From NCBI GenBank assembly GCA_963674965.2, contig CAXXFL010000004.1, positions 64,001 to 128,000 on the forward strand: 64,000 nt of DNA, read 5' to 3'. Source of the stretch: a bacterium. GTDB lineage: Bacteria > RBG-13-61-14 > DATKZS01. The notes beneath the pieces are model-generated. The model was given only the letters and a program-made list of their open reading frames with translations, did no database searches and was not told the origin of the DNA. Positions 1-11,359 of this stretch are shown in pieces. The position numbers and the translations under genes were made by a program. The stretch's first letter is position 1; each line of letters opens with the position of its first letter.

Positions 1-1
1 T

Positions 2-361
2 TTCTCGGGCGGCTCGGGTCGGGGCTATAAAATCCTTCTCGATTCCAACTACGATTGGGGGCAGGGTCTTCCCGCGCTTAAAGGCTGGATGGAAAAAGAA
101 AAAATCGAGTCCATCGAGCTGGCCTATTTCGGCCATGACGACCCGGCCAGGTTCAAGATAAATTATTCCCTCCCGGGCGAGAGCGGCGGCGACTACGTGG
201 CCATCAGCGCCAATTTGCTCATGGGCCAAAAGTATCCCATGACCTTCGCCCCCGAGCGTGTGGGCAAGGACGACCCCGTCTGGAAAGTGATCGAGGATTA
301 TCGAGACCAAGAGCCGGTCAAGACGCTGGGCGGCATTTTGGTGTTTAAGAAAGCATCATGA
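2..361 (+). CDS. GT-C/GT39 (ArnT/PMT-like) glycosyltransferase, C-terminal part (5' partial)
   Basis: Frame is open from the window edge: ...LLDSNYDWGQGLPAL..LAYFG, a DSNxDWGQ motif typical of ArnT-like membrane GTs; ATGA overlap with the next gene. Confidence 0.7.
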   Translation, partial: FSGGSGRGYKILLDSNYDWGQGLPALKGWMEKEKIESIELAYFGHDDPARFKINYSLPGESGGDYVAISANLLMGQKYPMTFAPERVGKDDPVWKVIEDYRDQEPVKTLGGILVFKKAS

Positions 362-2136
362 AAAAGGACGGACAAAAAACGATCGAGGTCTTGAAAGGCC
401 AGGATGACGACGGCGCCAATATCGGCAGGTCCCGCGTCATGATCGGCCAAATCAGCCTATCCCCCTACCCTATCCTTGGCGCGATCTTTTTCCTGGCCCT
501 TGTTTTACGACTCCTTTACGTCTGGGACGTAAGCGAGTCGGCGTTCTTTGGCCAGTTGGTGGTGGACCAGGCGTCATACGACGCGTGGGCGATGAAGATA
601 GCCGCCGGGGACTGGCTGGGCTCGGCCACCTTTTATCAGGACCCTCTTTATCCTTATTTCCTGGCCATTATTTACAAGGCCTTTGGCAGGAGTCTTTTAC
701 TCGTTTACATTTTGCAGGCCATTATTTCCTCGGCCGGATGTCTTCCTTTATACGGCCTGGGAAGAAGGGTCTTTCATGACCCGAGGGTGGGATTTCTGGC
801 CGCTCTTTTCTGGGCCGGTTACAAGGTGGACATGTTCTTCGTGGCGCAGGTCCTGAAAACCAGTCCCGGCCTGGCGCTTACCATCACGGCGCTCTGGCTA
901 CTTGTCAAGGTAAGGGACGACAATACCTGGCCGAGCGGCCTCCTGGCGGGAATAGCCTCGGGTCTTATCCTGGTATTCAGGGGCAACTTCCTTCTCGTGG
1001 CGCCTCTTCTTTTCCTGTGGATAGGGATCGGGTTGGCGACGAGGGAGGGGCGCAAGGCGATCATGCCCCTGGCCGCTCTTGTCATCGGGTGCGTCTCCGT
1101 GCTCTCGGCGGTGGCGGCCAGGAACCTGGCCGTGTCCGGAGAGCTTACCCTCACCACCGCCCAGGGCGGGGTCAATTTCTGGGTGGGCAACTACCGGGAG
1201 AACAAATGGGGAGTGGGCCGCGATCCCGACTTCGCCATACGCTCGCCCGAGTTCGAGCGGGGCGACTTCCTCGCCGAGGCCGAGAGACGGACGGGCAAGA
1301 AGCTTACCGACTCCCAAATGAGCCGCTTCTGGTTCAAGGAGGGCCTGAGAGAAATAGCCGCCGACCCGGCCCTTTCCGCGGCCCGTTTCCTCCGCAAGTC
1401 GCTACTGACCGTGAACTTCCATGAAGTGAGCGACAACCTGAATTACGACTTCTTCCGGCAGGAATACTCCTTCATGCTCCGCCTTCCTCTGCCCGCTTTC
1501 TGGCTTGCCGGTCCCTTTGGCCTTGCCGGCCTGGCCCTGGCCTCGAGGCGAAAAAAAGGCGGGTTCCTGGCGCTCTACCTTGGTTCCTATTTCGTCACGC
1601 TGCTTTTATTTTACGTGGTCAACAGGTATCGCGCCCCCCTCGTTCCCGTGCTTCTCGTCTTCGCGGCGTACGGCGTAATCGAGTTCGCTAGGTCACTCCG
1701 GGAGCGGGACCGGCGAGCGATGGCCCTTTACCTGGCGGTTTTGGTCGCGGCCGGGGCCATTGGTTTTCCCCGCTGGCGCCGTCCCAGCTTCGACGTGTCC
1801 TGGCAGAAGGTGGGCAACGCCATGTCGAGGGAAGGCCGCTGGGCCGAGGCGATAGACGCCTACGAGCGGGCCCTTTCCATTAATCCGGGGCAGGACGTGT
1901 CGTGGATAGGCCTTGGCCTGGCCTACGAGACCAGGGGCCGGCGAACTGAGGCCGACGCGGCTTTCTCTCGGGCCGTCTCGGCCAACCCGAAAAACGCCTG
2001 GGCGCATTATTATCTGGGCCGGTCACTCGAGCGAGGAGGCGAGCGGGACAAGGCTCGGGAGGAGTACGAGCGGGCCCTTGGCCTGAGCCCGGGAATGGAG
2101 CCGGCGGCCCAGGGCCTCCGTCGGCTTTCACCGTGA
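358..2136 (+). CDS. GT-C (PMT-like) membrane glycosyltransferase with C-terminal TPR repeats
   Basis: Many TM helices, D..Y..WA and F..PLYPYFLA motifs, GGVNFWVGN loop, RYR.P motif, 3 TPRs at the C-terminus. Confidence 0.8.
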   Translation: MKKDGQKTIEVLKGQDDDGANIGRSRVMIGQISLSPYPILGAIFFLALVLRLLYVWDVSESAFFGQLVVDQASYDAWAMKIAAGDWLGSATFYQDPLYPYFLAIIYKAFGRSLLLVYILQAIISSAGCLPLYGLGRRVFHDPRVGFLAALFWAGYKVDMFFVAQVLKTSPGLALTITALWLLVKVRDDNTWPSGLLAGIASGLILVFRGNFLLVAPLLFLWIGIGLATREGRKAIMPLAALVIGCVSVLSAVAARNLAVSGELTLTTAQGGVNFWVGNYRENKWGVGRDPDFAIRSPEFERGDFLAEAERRTGKKLTDSQMSRFWFKEGLREIAADPALSAARFLRKSLLTVNFHEVSDNLNYDFFRQEYSFMLRLPLPAFWLAGPFGLAGLALASRRKKGGFLALYLGSYFVTLLLFYVVNRYRAPLVPVLLVFAAYGVIEFARSLRERDRRAMALYLAVLVAAGAIGFPRWRRPSFDVSWQKVGNAMSREGRWAEAIDAYERALSINPGQDVSWIGLGLAYETRGRRTEADAAFSRAVSANPKNAWAHYYLGRSLERGGERDKAREEYERALGLSPGMEPAAQGLRRLSP

Positions 2137-2145
2137 GGCCGGGAA

Positions 2146-3882
2146 TCACTTCTCGATCGCGCTTTTCTCGATGGTGATCCGAAGGTGGTCGGCGAATTCC
2201 TTGATCATGGAGATGGAGGCCGCCACTTCCCTCGATCCTTCCTCGACTCTTTTGGCCACGTCCCTTACCTCGGCAATGGATGAGGCCAACTCCTCGGAGG
2301 CGGTGGACTGCTGGCGGGTCGAGAGGGTGATCTCGTTGGCGCTGTTGGAGGTGGACTCGGCCAGCCGGGAGATGTTGGCGAAGGCCTCGGCCACCTCCCT
2401 GATGGACCTGGCCCCCTCCTCGACCCTCGATTCCCCGCCCGCGGCGGCCTCACTGGCCTCGAGGGCCCGGTCCTGAATCGAGAGGATGAGGGACCTTATC
2501 TCGCCGGCGGCCTCGGCGGACCTCGCCGCCAGGCGCCTCGTGGCCTCGGCCACCACCCCGAACCTTTTTCCAAGTTCCCCGGCTCCGGCGGCCTCGAGGG
2601 CGGCGTTAAGGGAGAGGAGCTCGGTCTGTTCGGCCACGTCCTCGATCCACTCGACTATCTTATAGGTCTCGTTAAAGCTTTGCTCGAGGTCGCGCATGGC
2701 CCGTGAAATCTCGCCGGCCTGGGTGGATATGCTCTCGAACTCTCCTCCCGCCCCGTCGAGAAGGGCTTTGCCCTCCCGGCAGGCCGACAGCGTCGCGTCG
2801 GCCGCTCGGTTAACCGACTCGGCCCTGTCGGATATGCCCCTGGCCGTGGCCACGATCTCCTCGGCGATGGCCGAGGACTCCTGCACCGCCGAGGCCTGCT
2901 CCGTGGCGCCGGAGGACTGAAGGGAACTTACGTCCAGGATGGTCTCGACCGTCTCGTCCATTTTCCTGATGCCCGACTCGAGATCGGAAACCACGCCCCG
3001 CATCTCGCGCATGCCGCCCACTATGGTCCGCATCATGGCGTTGACCGTCTCGCCCAGCTCGGCCATCTCGTCGGTGGAAACCAGCTTGATGGGCTCGTCG
3101 TACTCTCCGCTTGCCACCTTCCGGGCCGAGCTTTGCAGGACCATGATGGGCCGGGTTATCTCGAGTCCCGCGGCGTAGGCCAGTACCATCGAAACCAGCA
3201 CCACGCCGAGCCAGAGGATGAAGTAGAAGGCGGCCTTTTCAGGTTCCTGGTTCTCGGAGTAGCTGATGGCCAGGGCGTATCCCGATCCCGCCCCCACCAG
3301 GGACACCACGGTGAGGACCAACTTGGCGCCAAGACCGATTTTGATTCCCGCCCGCCTGCAAGTCCCGGCCTCGGGCATGGATTCGATCGTTTGTCCCAGG
3401 GCCGGGCCCGTGAGCCAGTTGCCCATGTAAAGGTACAGCGGAACGCCGATGAAACCGGTTATGACCCCTCCCACGATCCCGAACACTCCAAGGGTCAGGG
3501 GCCAGTCAAGTTGAAGGAGGGAAATCCAACTGATGGCGGGGGAACCAATAAGGAAAGCAATGAAGCCGGTCCCCGCCAGGATGTAAGGAAGTCCGGCGGC
3601 TCGGTCCTGGGCCGCCAGGACCATCGGTTCATCGACGGGAAGGCCATTGTCGCGGTAGGAAAGAAATTTCAGGACCGGCCTCGCCACCACGTAAACGACG
3701 GCCATGTAAGCGATGGTAATGGCCAGGCAAAAGGGAGCGGTGACCCGAATCATCTCGAGGGTTTCATCCCAGTTCGGGGAAACTATCTGCCTGAAAAGCT
3801 GCAGAATGACCGTCGCGCCCGAGACGGTGACGATCGAGATTATGGCCGCCAATCTGGCGAGAAAAAGTTTTTGGTTCATCAT
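2146..3882 (-). CDS. Methyl-accepting chemotaxis protein (multi-TM, HAMP, MCP signal domain)
   Basis: HAMP (DEMAELG..VN.M) and hairpin [20 protein letters not shown]; start at ATG 3882 or TTG 3903 uncertain. Confidence 0.9.
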   Translation of the reverse strand: MMNQKLFLARLAAIISIVTVSGATVILQLFRQIVSPNWDETLEMIRVTAPFCLAITIAYMAVVYVVARPVLKFLSYRDNGLPVDEPMVLAAQDRAAGLPYILAGTGFIAFLIGSPAISWISLLQLDWPLTLGVFGIVGGVITGFIGVPLYLYMGNWLTGPALGQTIESMPEAGTCRRAGIKIGLGAKLVLTVVSLVGAGSGYALAISYSENQEPEKAAFYFILWLGVVLVSMVLAYAAGLEITRPIMVLQSSARKVASGEYDEPIKLVSTDEMAELGETVNAMMRTIVGGMREMRGVVSDLESGIRKMDETVETILDVSSLQSSGATEQASAVQESSAIAEEIVATARGISDRAESVNRAADATLSACREGKALLDGAGGEFESISTQAGEISRAMRDLEQSFNETYKIVEWIEDVAEQTELLSLNAALEAAGAGELGKRFGVVAEATRRLAARSAEAAGEIRSLILSIQDRALEASEAAAGGESRVEEGARSIREVAEAFANISRLAESTSNSANEITLSTRQQSTASEELASSIAEVRDVAKRVEEGSREVAASISMIKEFADHLRITIEKSAIEK

Positions 3883-4184
3883 GGGCTTCCGGGTTGAGGC
3901 CAAGCCGCCGGAGACGGAACCTTTCCCTCCGCGCGAGCCGGCGCGTAACGAGCGGCCGCCCTCTCCGCTCCGATAATAACTTCCGAAAATGACACGGCCG
4001 GGAGTGGTTGAAGGTTATGAAAAAGGCCAGGTACCCAGTCGTTCGTCCGCTGATCGCCGCCATCCGAATCGATCACCCGACATATGCATAATAGCATGGA
4101 AAAGCGGTATTTTCATTTTTTTGACTTACAGACAAATAGAAAAAGGGAATGGCGGGCGGGCGATATCGGAGCGGGCCAAGGTTG

Positions 4185-5930
4185 TTACAATTTATCCGCG
4201 TCCTCGTCGGTCCCGGTCCCGGCGGTTTCCTTGAGGGCTCGGGAGAAGCCGCCGAGCTCATCGATGGCCTCGACGATTTCCTTGGCTCCCTTCTCGACCC
4301 TCTCGGCCACTTCCTGCACCTCGGCGATGGAGGCGGCCAGCTCCTCGGAGGCGGTTGTTTGCTGCCTGGTTGAAAGGGTGATCTCCTTGGCCGTCGAGGA
4401 GGTGGACTCGGCGAAGCTGGAGATACTGAGGAAGGAGTCCAGCACCAGGTTGATGGCCTCGGCTCCGGACTCGACTTTTTCCTCCCCCTTCCTGGCCTTG
4501 TCGCTGGTCTCCCTGGTCTCGAGCTGGATGGAGGCGATAAGTTCCCTGATCTCGCCGGCGGCCTCGGCCGACCTCGCGGCCAGGCGCCTGGTGGCCTCGG
4601 CCACCACGCCGAACCTCCGGCCTTCCTCGCCCGCGCCCGCCGCCTCGAGGGAGGCGTTAAGGGAAAGAAGCTCGGTCTGCTCGGCCACGTCCTCCATCCA
4701 CTCGACTATTTTATAGGTCTCGCTGAAGCGGTCCTCGAGGCGGGCCATGGAGTCGCTGATGTCCTTGACCCGCTGGGCTATGCCCGCGAACTCGTCCCTT
4801 GCCTGATCGAGCTTTCCCTCGCCCTCGCGGCAGGCCTCGAGGGTAGAGGAGGCCGCGTTATTAACCGATCCGGCCCGCTCGGAAATCTGGCGGGCCGTGG
4901 CCACGATCTCCTCGGCGATGGAGGAGGACTCGTGAACGGCGGAGGCCTGCTCGGTGGCCCCGCTCGATTGCTCGGCGCTCACGTTCCTGATGGTTTCCAC
5001 CGTGACGTCGAGCTGGACCATGCCTCCCTTGATGCCATCGACCACCCTCTCCAGGCGGGTCACGTGGTCCGTGATGGTTGACATCATGCGGTTAAGGGCC
5101 GAGGCCACCTCGGCGAACTCGTCGTTCGAAACCAGCCTCACGGGCTCCTTGAACTTGCCGCGCTCGACCAGTTCGGAGGTTTTTCCCAAAACGCCGAGGG
5201 GGCGGGATATCTCCTTGCCCGCGGCCAGGGCCAGGATAAAGCTGACGGCCATGCCCACCAGCCACATGAGAAAAAAATATGACCAGTGTTGATTCCCCTG
5301 GGACTGACTGTAGCCCACCAGAGCCATATAGCCCGTTATGCCTCCCACCAGGGTCAGCATGACGATGAGCAACTTGGGATATACGCCGAGTCTCCACCCG
5401 CCCCGCCTCGCGGTCGCGAGGGCGGGAGACGAGCCTATGGTTTCATCCACGACTAAAGACGCCAATCGGCTTATCGCGTAGAGAAGCAAGGGCGTGGCGA
5501 GAAAGGCCGATATCAATCCCGTCAGGGGGCCGTAAATTATAGTTCCTTCCGGCCATTTCATGAGACCGGTTAGAAGATATACCCCCAGGGAAACGCCCGG
5601 AACGTATCCGATATACAAAAAACCTATCATGTAGCCGGCAAGGTTAAGGCTTCGGTCCTGCGCCGCCACCACGAGACCAAGGTCCAGCTCGGGGCCCTTT
5701 TGTACGGCCCCGAGGAAGGAATAAATCGGGCGGCAGACGTAAAGCACTCCAACCACGTAGAGAGCGGTGAATAAAATCACGATGGCTGGAGTAATCGTGT
5801 TTCCCAGCGCGATGTCCAAAAGCGACGTTTCGGTAATGGTCTTAAAGAGTAAAACTATGGCCGCCACCTGGAATATCTCGATGGCGAATATAATCCCCAG
5901 CAGTTTTAGGGTAAAGTCCTTGCGCGTCAT
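4185..5930 (-). CDS. Methyl-accepting chemotaxis protein, tandem paralog
   Basis: Same architecture; [30 protein letters not shown]. Confidence 0.9.
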   Translation of the reverse strand: MTRKDFTLKLLGIIFAIEIFQVAAIVLLFKTITETSLLDIALGNTITPAIVILFTALYVVGVLYVCRPIYSFLGAVQKGPELDLGLVVAAQDRSLNLAGYMIGFLYIGYVPGVSLGVYLLTGLMKWPEGTIIYGPLTGLISAFLATPLLLYAISRLASLVVDETIGSSPALATARRGGWRLGVYPKLLIVMLTLVGGITGYMALVGYSQSQGNQHWSYFFLMWLVGMAVSFILALAAGKEISRPLGVLGKTSELVERGKFKEPVRLVSNDEFAEVASALNRMMSTITDHVTRLERVVDGIKGGMVQLDVTVETIRNVSAEQSSGATEQASAVHESSSIAEEIVATARQISERAGSVNNAASSTLEACREGEGKLDQARDEFAGIAQRVKDISDSMARLEDRFSETYKIVEWMEDVAEQTELLSLNASLEAAGAGEEGRRFGVVAEATRRLAARSAEAAGEIRELIASIQLETRETSDKARKGEEKVESGAEAINLVLDSFLSISSFAESTSSTAKEITLSTRQQTTASEELAASIAEVQEVAERVEKGAKEIVEAIDELGGFSRALKETAGTGTDEDADKL

Positions 5931-5961
5931 GGCCGCTCCCGGTCTTACAGATAAAGGTTTT

Positions 5962-6159
5962 TCACTTGATCAGTCCGCCGAAGTTTCCCGGCTTCTTGTC
6001 CATCTTGGCCCCGATGGGGTTGCCGCAGACCGTGCAGACGTAATCGTACTTGTCTCCGTTCGGGAGGGCCAGAAGCATTCTTTTCCTTACCACCGTGGCT
6101 TTTTTGCAATGCGGGCAAAAAAGCTCGGTGGCCTCGAGTTGGTCGTATCCTCTTTGCAT
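5962..6159 (-). CDS. Small zinc-ribbon protein (65 aa)
   Basis: CPHC...CTVC; ATG at 6159; co-oriented between DUF362 and MCP genes. Confidence 0.7.
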   Translation of the reverse strand: MQRGYDQLEATELFCPHCKKATVVRKRMLLALPNGDKYDYVCTVCGNPIGAKMDKKPGNFGGLIK

Positions 6160-6176
6160 GTCTAATCCGTCTTTTC

Positions 6177-7409
6177 TCACTTTAGCCGCAAACCCAGTTT
6201 TTGCATAATCGCGCCGTAGCCGAGGTCGATAATGCCCGTCTCGACCCTGCCGATCACTCCTTTTTTCATCAGCGCGTAGGTTATGTCCATGGGCGGAATG
6301 GGGCAACCGGGAATAAAGCAGCCAAGGCCCGCGTGCTCCCTCGCGCAGTCGCCGACCACGATGGTCTTTCTCCTGTTGATTTTTGACGCGTCAACCTCGG
6401 CCGGCTTCCCTATGATAAAGGTAAACCCGCTGAGCTTGCCGGCGGAGCCGTTCATGAGCCACCTGTCCAGGCTGCTACGGACCATGCCCAGGCAGCCCTC
6501 CGGGCAGGCCAGTTCGGTCCCCACCTGAAAGACCACGTCGGCCGGGTAATCGGAGAAATCGACGCGAGGACGGGCGAAGGACCTCGAGCGGGAAGCGATA
6601 AGCTCCTCCCCCCGGATGTCCACGTCCGCCAGGGAAAGAGGACCAAGACCCGCGTCGCTAAGATAAACGAGGTGGTCGATCTCCTCCGGGTCGTGGCCCA
6701 TTAATGTCGCGCAAACCGAGTCCACGGCCACGCCGTTTTTGCCCGCCACGATCAGGTTGAGCGGCGCCTCGGCCGCGTGCATGGGCCCCTGCCCGGCGCC
6801 CGCCACCACGGCGTCGGCGATCACGTAATCCGGGACCCGGGACCGGTAGAGGTCGGCAATCTTCTTGTGGATATTATAATGATGGTTGGTCAGGCGGTCG
6901 GCCTGGAGCAGGAGGCCGATATGGTTCTTGGTCGAGAGTGTGACCTTGGCGAACATGTTGACCTTCAGCTTGGGAAGAGTGATAAAGACGTCGGACTCCA
7001 CCAGGCTTTTGGGAAGACGGAACCGGTCCTCAATCAGGGCGTCCTCGACCTTGACCTCGACCCGCTCCTCATCCTGCAGATAAACGGGCCAGGCCACGCC
7101 ACGAAGGTAAGGCAGCACCCCCATGGCCGCGAAGCCCGACTGGGACGGACCCACGATGCAGTCCTCCCCCACCATCACCAGGGAAGCGCCAAGGTCACGG
7201 ACCGCCCGGGCCACGCCGCCCACCAGCTCGGGCTGGGTGTTGACGCCCAGGTTCCTGGGAGGACGGGCCGGGTAAACGAAGCTGGGCTTGAGGAACACGG
7301 TCTTGCCGCTAAGGTTAAGGCCGTCCTCCTCGAGGCGGTCCCTGCACTTCTCCCGGATTTCCTCCACGTCGTACCGGCGCTGGTCGATAATATGTACCGC
7401 GGGATTCAT
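6177..7409 (-). CDS. DUF362-family Fe-S protein
   Basis: VFLKP, LPKLK, TLSTKN.IG, GQGP, D.V.A..MG motifs; Cys-rich C-terminus. Confidence 0.75.
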   Translation of the reverse strand: MNPAVHIIDQRRYDVEEIREKCRDRLEEDGLNLSGKTVFLKPSFVYPARPPRNLGVNTQPELVGGVARAVRDLGASLVMVGEDCIVGPSQSGFAAMGVLPYLRGVAWPVYLQDEERVEVKVEDALIEDRFRLPKSLVESDVFITLPKLKVNMFAKVTLSTKNHIGLLLQADRLTNHHYNIHKKIADLYRSRVPDYVIADAVVAGAGQGPMHAAEAPLNLIVAGKNGVAVDSVCATLMGHDPEEIDHLVYLSDAGLGPLSLADVDIRGEELIASRSRSFARPRVDFSDYPADVVFQVGTELACPEGCLGMVRSSLDRWLMNGSAGKLSGFTFIIGKPAEVDASKINRRKTIVVGDCAREHAGLGCFIPGCPIPPMDITYALMKKGVIGRVETGIIDLGYGAIMQKLGLRLK

Positions 7410-7578
7410 AAGGCCAATAATAGCGGGCCGCCGATTCAAGAGCAAGCCTCAAGGCGGCTCGGGTAAGATATTTTTTTTCAAGACGGAAAAAGGCGTCCCA
7501 GGCCCCGAAAAATGGCTTGGCCTCTTTGGCCGTGATAACATTGAAAGTTACTCATTAACGTTCAGGAGAGATTCCGAT

Positions 7579-8805
<1,227 letters not shown>

Positions 8806-9332
8806 GAGCGGCAAGTCATGCTCTCCGATGGCGGTTCGGCGCTCGGTTATCGATTGGGTTAAAGCCCCGAAAAAACGCCGCCGGGCGGCGAACGAAATTA
8901 TCCTTACGCGATCCAGTCCCGCCTGGGCCGTCACCTCCGACTCCGGTTCTTCAGGCGACAATCAAGTAAGAGGAGGAGGCTCTTCCTCCATCATCACTCA
9001 TTCGGGCTTCATTTTTTTCAATTAGTTGGATATCGTCCCACGCTCCGCTTCCCCAAAAGGGGGAGAATAAAGGTCTTTGCCCGGTATCATTAGAAAGACC
9101 GTTTGACCCACCATCATTTTTTTTCCTTTTTCTTGCCCTGTGTTCGCCACATTCCTAAGATATAATCCACGCGTAAACCATGGGCGGCGAAAGATTATGG
9201 AGAGCACAAGAACGATGCCTTGATTTCGGCCAAAGTCGAATCGGGATGGTCTTTTGTACCGGCCCCGTTTCCTCTCTTGCAAGGGGAGCGGATATGTATG
9301 AGATATTTTTATAACCACCCGGGAGGAAAGAG

Positions 9333-9914
9333 TTGACGGCTGAAGGGTTTTTACTCGCCCAGAAACAAGGCATTTTCATACGCCAAACTTATTTGATGTT
9401 CGGCATGAACGGCCTTTGTTTCTTGTTGGCTTTTTATTATTTTGCATCGGTCCCTTCACGCCACAAGCCCCGCCGGGGAGGAATATCGCATGTAAAGATG
9501 GGAATAATGTATGGCTTCATGATAATTATAAACTTGATCTGGATGGTATTGTCTTACGGCGGCAGCTTTGATTTTCTCCTTACTGAAGGGGAGATTTGCC
9601 ATTGTCCTGAAGCGGTGGATTGCGCTTTTTTGTATTATGCCATAGTGATCGTTAATCTTGTATTGCCCTTTGCAATTAGCTCGATAATAATCGGTATCTT
9701 TGAAATTTACTATGAGGATTTTCCTACCCTGCTCATTCGCTTAAATGAATTAAAAACTATAATAAGATATTCGATCATTCTTTCCATCGGCGCAATTTTA
9801 TTTTTAATCATCGCCGCGCCCCCCTTTGGGCTTTGGTTATTTTCCGGTCCAATACTGTTTTCCCTTGGATCGGCCTATCTGATCAGGGGCATAATAAATT
9901 GCCCTTTTGATTAA
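9333..9914 (+). CDS. Hypothetical membrane protein (~5 TM), AT-rich
   Basis: GGAGG RBS 6 nt before TTG; hydrophobic helices; visibly lower GC than neighbours. Confidence 0.55.
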   Translation: MTAEGFLLAQKQGIFIRQTYLMFGMNGLCFLLAFYYFASVPSRHKPRRGGISHVKMGIMYGFMIIINLIWMVLSYGGSFDFLLTEGEICHCPEAVDCAFLYYAIVIVNLVLPFAISSIIIGIFEIYYEDFPTLLIRLNELKTIIRYSIILSIGAILFLIIAAPPFGLWLFSGPILFSLGSAYLIRGIINCPFD

Positions 9915-11269
9915 TAACGTGGAACGCCCGCGGCCATGCACTTTTCCCAGGCGTCCATCTGCTCTCGCAGTTCTTTGGCCTTGCCCGGATACAGGTCTAT
10001 CACGTTGTAGGACTCGTCGGGGTCGTCGGGAAGGTGGAAGAGCATGGGACCGCGTTGGCGGCCGGAGAAGGAAGTGGCCCAGCCCTTGTGCCGCCGGTGG
10101 TATTTCCAGCCGTCCTGCAGGACCGCCTGGAGTTCTCTTCCCTTGTAGAAGTAAAGCTCGCGGTGGGGACTTTGCTCCTCCCCTTTCAGCATGGGCAGGA
10201 CGTCCCTTCCGTCGATGGGCCGGTCGGAGGGCGCCTCGAGTCCCGCGGCCGCGAGTGAGGTAGTGAAGAGGTCGAAGTTCATGCTCATCCGGTCGGTCAC
10301 GGTATGGGCGGGAATGACTCCGGGCCACCGGGCGATGGCCGGTACCTTCATGCCTCCGCCGAAGGTCTCGTCCTTTCTTCCCCGCAGCCCTCCCGCGCTT
10401 CCCTGGAACCAGGGTCCGTTGTCGGATGTGAAAAAAACGAGGGTGTCCTCGGCCATGCCCCGGCGGTCGAGAGCGTCCAGCACCTGGCCCACGCTCCAGT
10501 CGATCTCCTCGACGCAGTCGCCGTAAAGTCCCGCCTCGCTCGTGCCCCGAAACTCGGGCGAGGCGTGGAGAGGAACGTGCGGCGAGGTATGGGCCATGTA
10601 AAGGAAAAAGGGAGAGTCGTCATTGCTCTCGATCCAGGAGACGGCTTTCTCGGTATAGCTTTGCGTTAAGTAATCCTGATCCACCGGCGCCGGCTCGACT
10701 ACCCTCTCGTTCTCGTAAAGGCGAAGGGGGATGGCGTCGTTGGAATGAAGCACCCCGTAATAATAATCGAACCCCCGGGCGCGGGGCCTTTGTCCAGGCA
10801 GGTCGCCCAGGTGCCACTTTCCAATGCAGCAGGTATTGTAGCCCGCGGTTTTCATAAGCTCGGGCAGGACGATCTCGTTTCGAGGCAGTCCCCACGGCAT
10901 GCGGTATTTGCCGTAGAGGGCCAGGGCCAGCGGGAAAAGCTCGGTGGGCACGAACACGTAATTGACGCCCGACCGGATGGGATACCTTCCCGTCATGATT
11001 CCGGCGCGGGAGGGCGAGCAGACGGGCCCGGAGGCGAAAAAGGAGGTCATCCTGACGCCCTGCTCGGCCATCTCGTCCAGGCGCGGCGTCTTCATGACTC
11101 GCGACCCCTGGCAGCCCAGGTCACCGTAGCCGAGGTCGTCGGCCAGAATAATAATGACGTTGGGCCTTCTGGCCGCGGCCTTCGAGTCCCGGGGCAGGCC
11201 CAGGGCGGACCCGCCTAAAGCGGTCCCCCCGGCGGCGGCCAGGGAGGTGATGAATTTTCTGCGGTCCAC
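9911..11269 (-). CDS. Tat-exported arylsulfatase (Cys-type formylglycine sulfatase)
   Basis: DRRKF twin-Arg signal, ADDLGYGD, CSPSR, GKWHLG, FTSDNG. Confidence 0.92.
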   Translation of the reverse strand: MDRRKFITSLAAAGGTALGGSALGLPRDSKAAARRPNVIIILADDLGYGDLGCQGSRVMKTPRLDEMAEQGVRMTSFFASGPVCSPSRAGIMTGRYPIRSGVNYVFVPTELFPLALALYGKYRMPWGLPRNEIVLPELMKTAGYNTCCIGKWHLGDLPGQRPRARGFDYYYGVLHSNDAIPLRLYENERVVEPAPVDQDYLTQSYTEKAVSWIESNDDSPFFLYMAHTSPHVPLHASPEFRGTSEAGLYGDCVEEIDWSVGQVLDALDRRGMAEDTLVFFTSDNGPWFQGSAGGLRGRKDETFGGGMKVPAIARWPGVIPAHTVTDRMSMNFDLFTTSLAAAGLEAPSDRPIDGRDVLPMLKGEEQSPHRELYFYKGRELQAVLQDGWKYHRRHKGWATSFSGRQRGPMLFHLPDDPDESYNVIDLYPGKAKELREQMDAWEKCMAAGVPRY

Positions 11270-11359
11270 GGTCGGTCCCTCCTTAAGCGGGGCGATCGCG
11301 TTCCATGTTATTGCATGGCGAAAGAAGGGTCAATGAGGGAATGGGACGCGGGAATGGGA

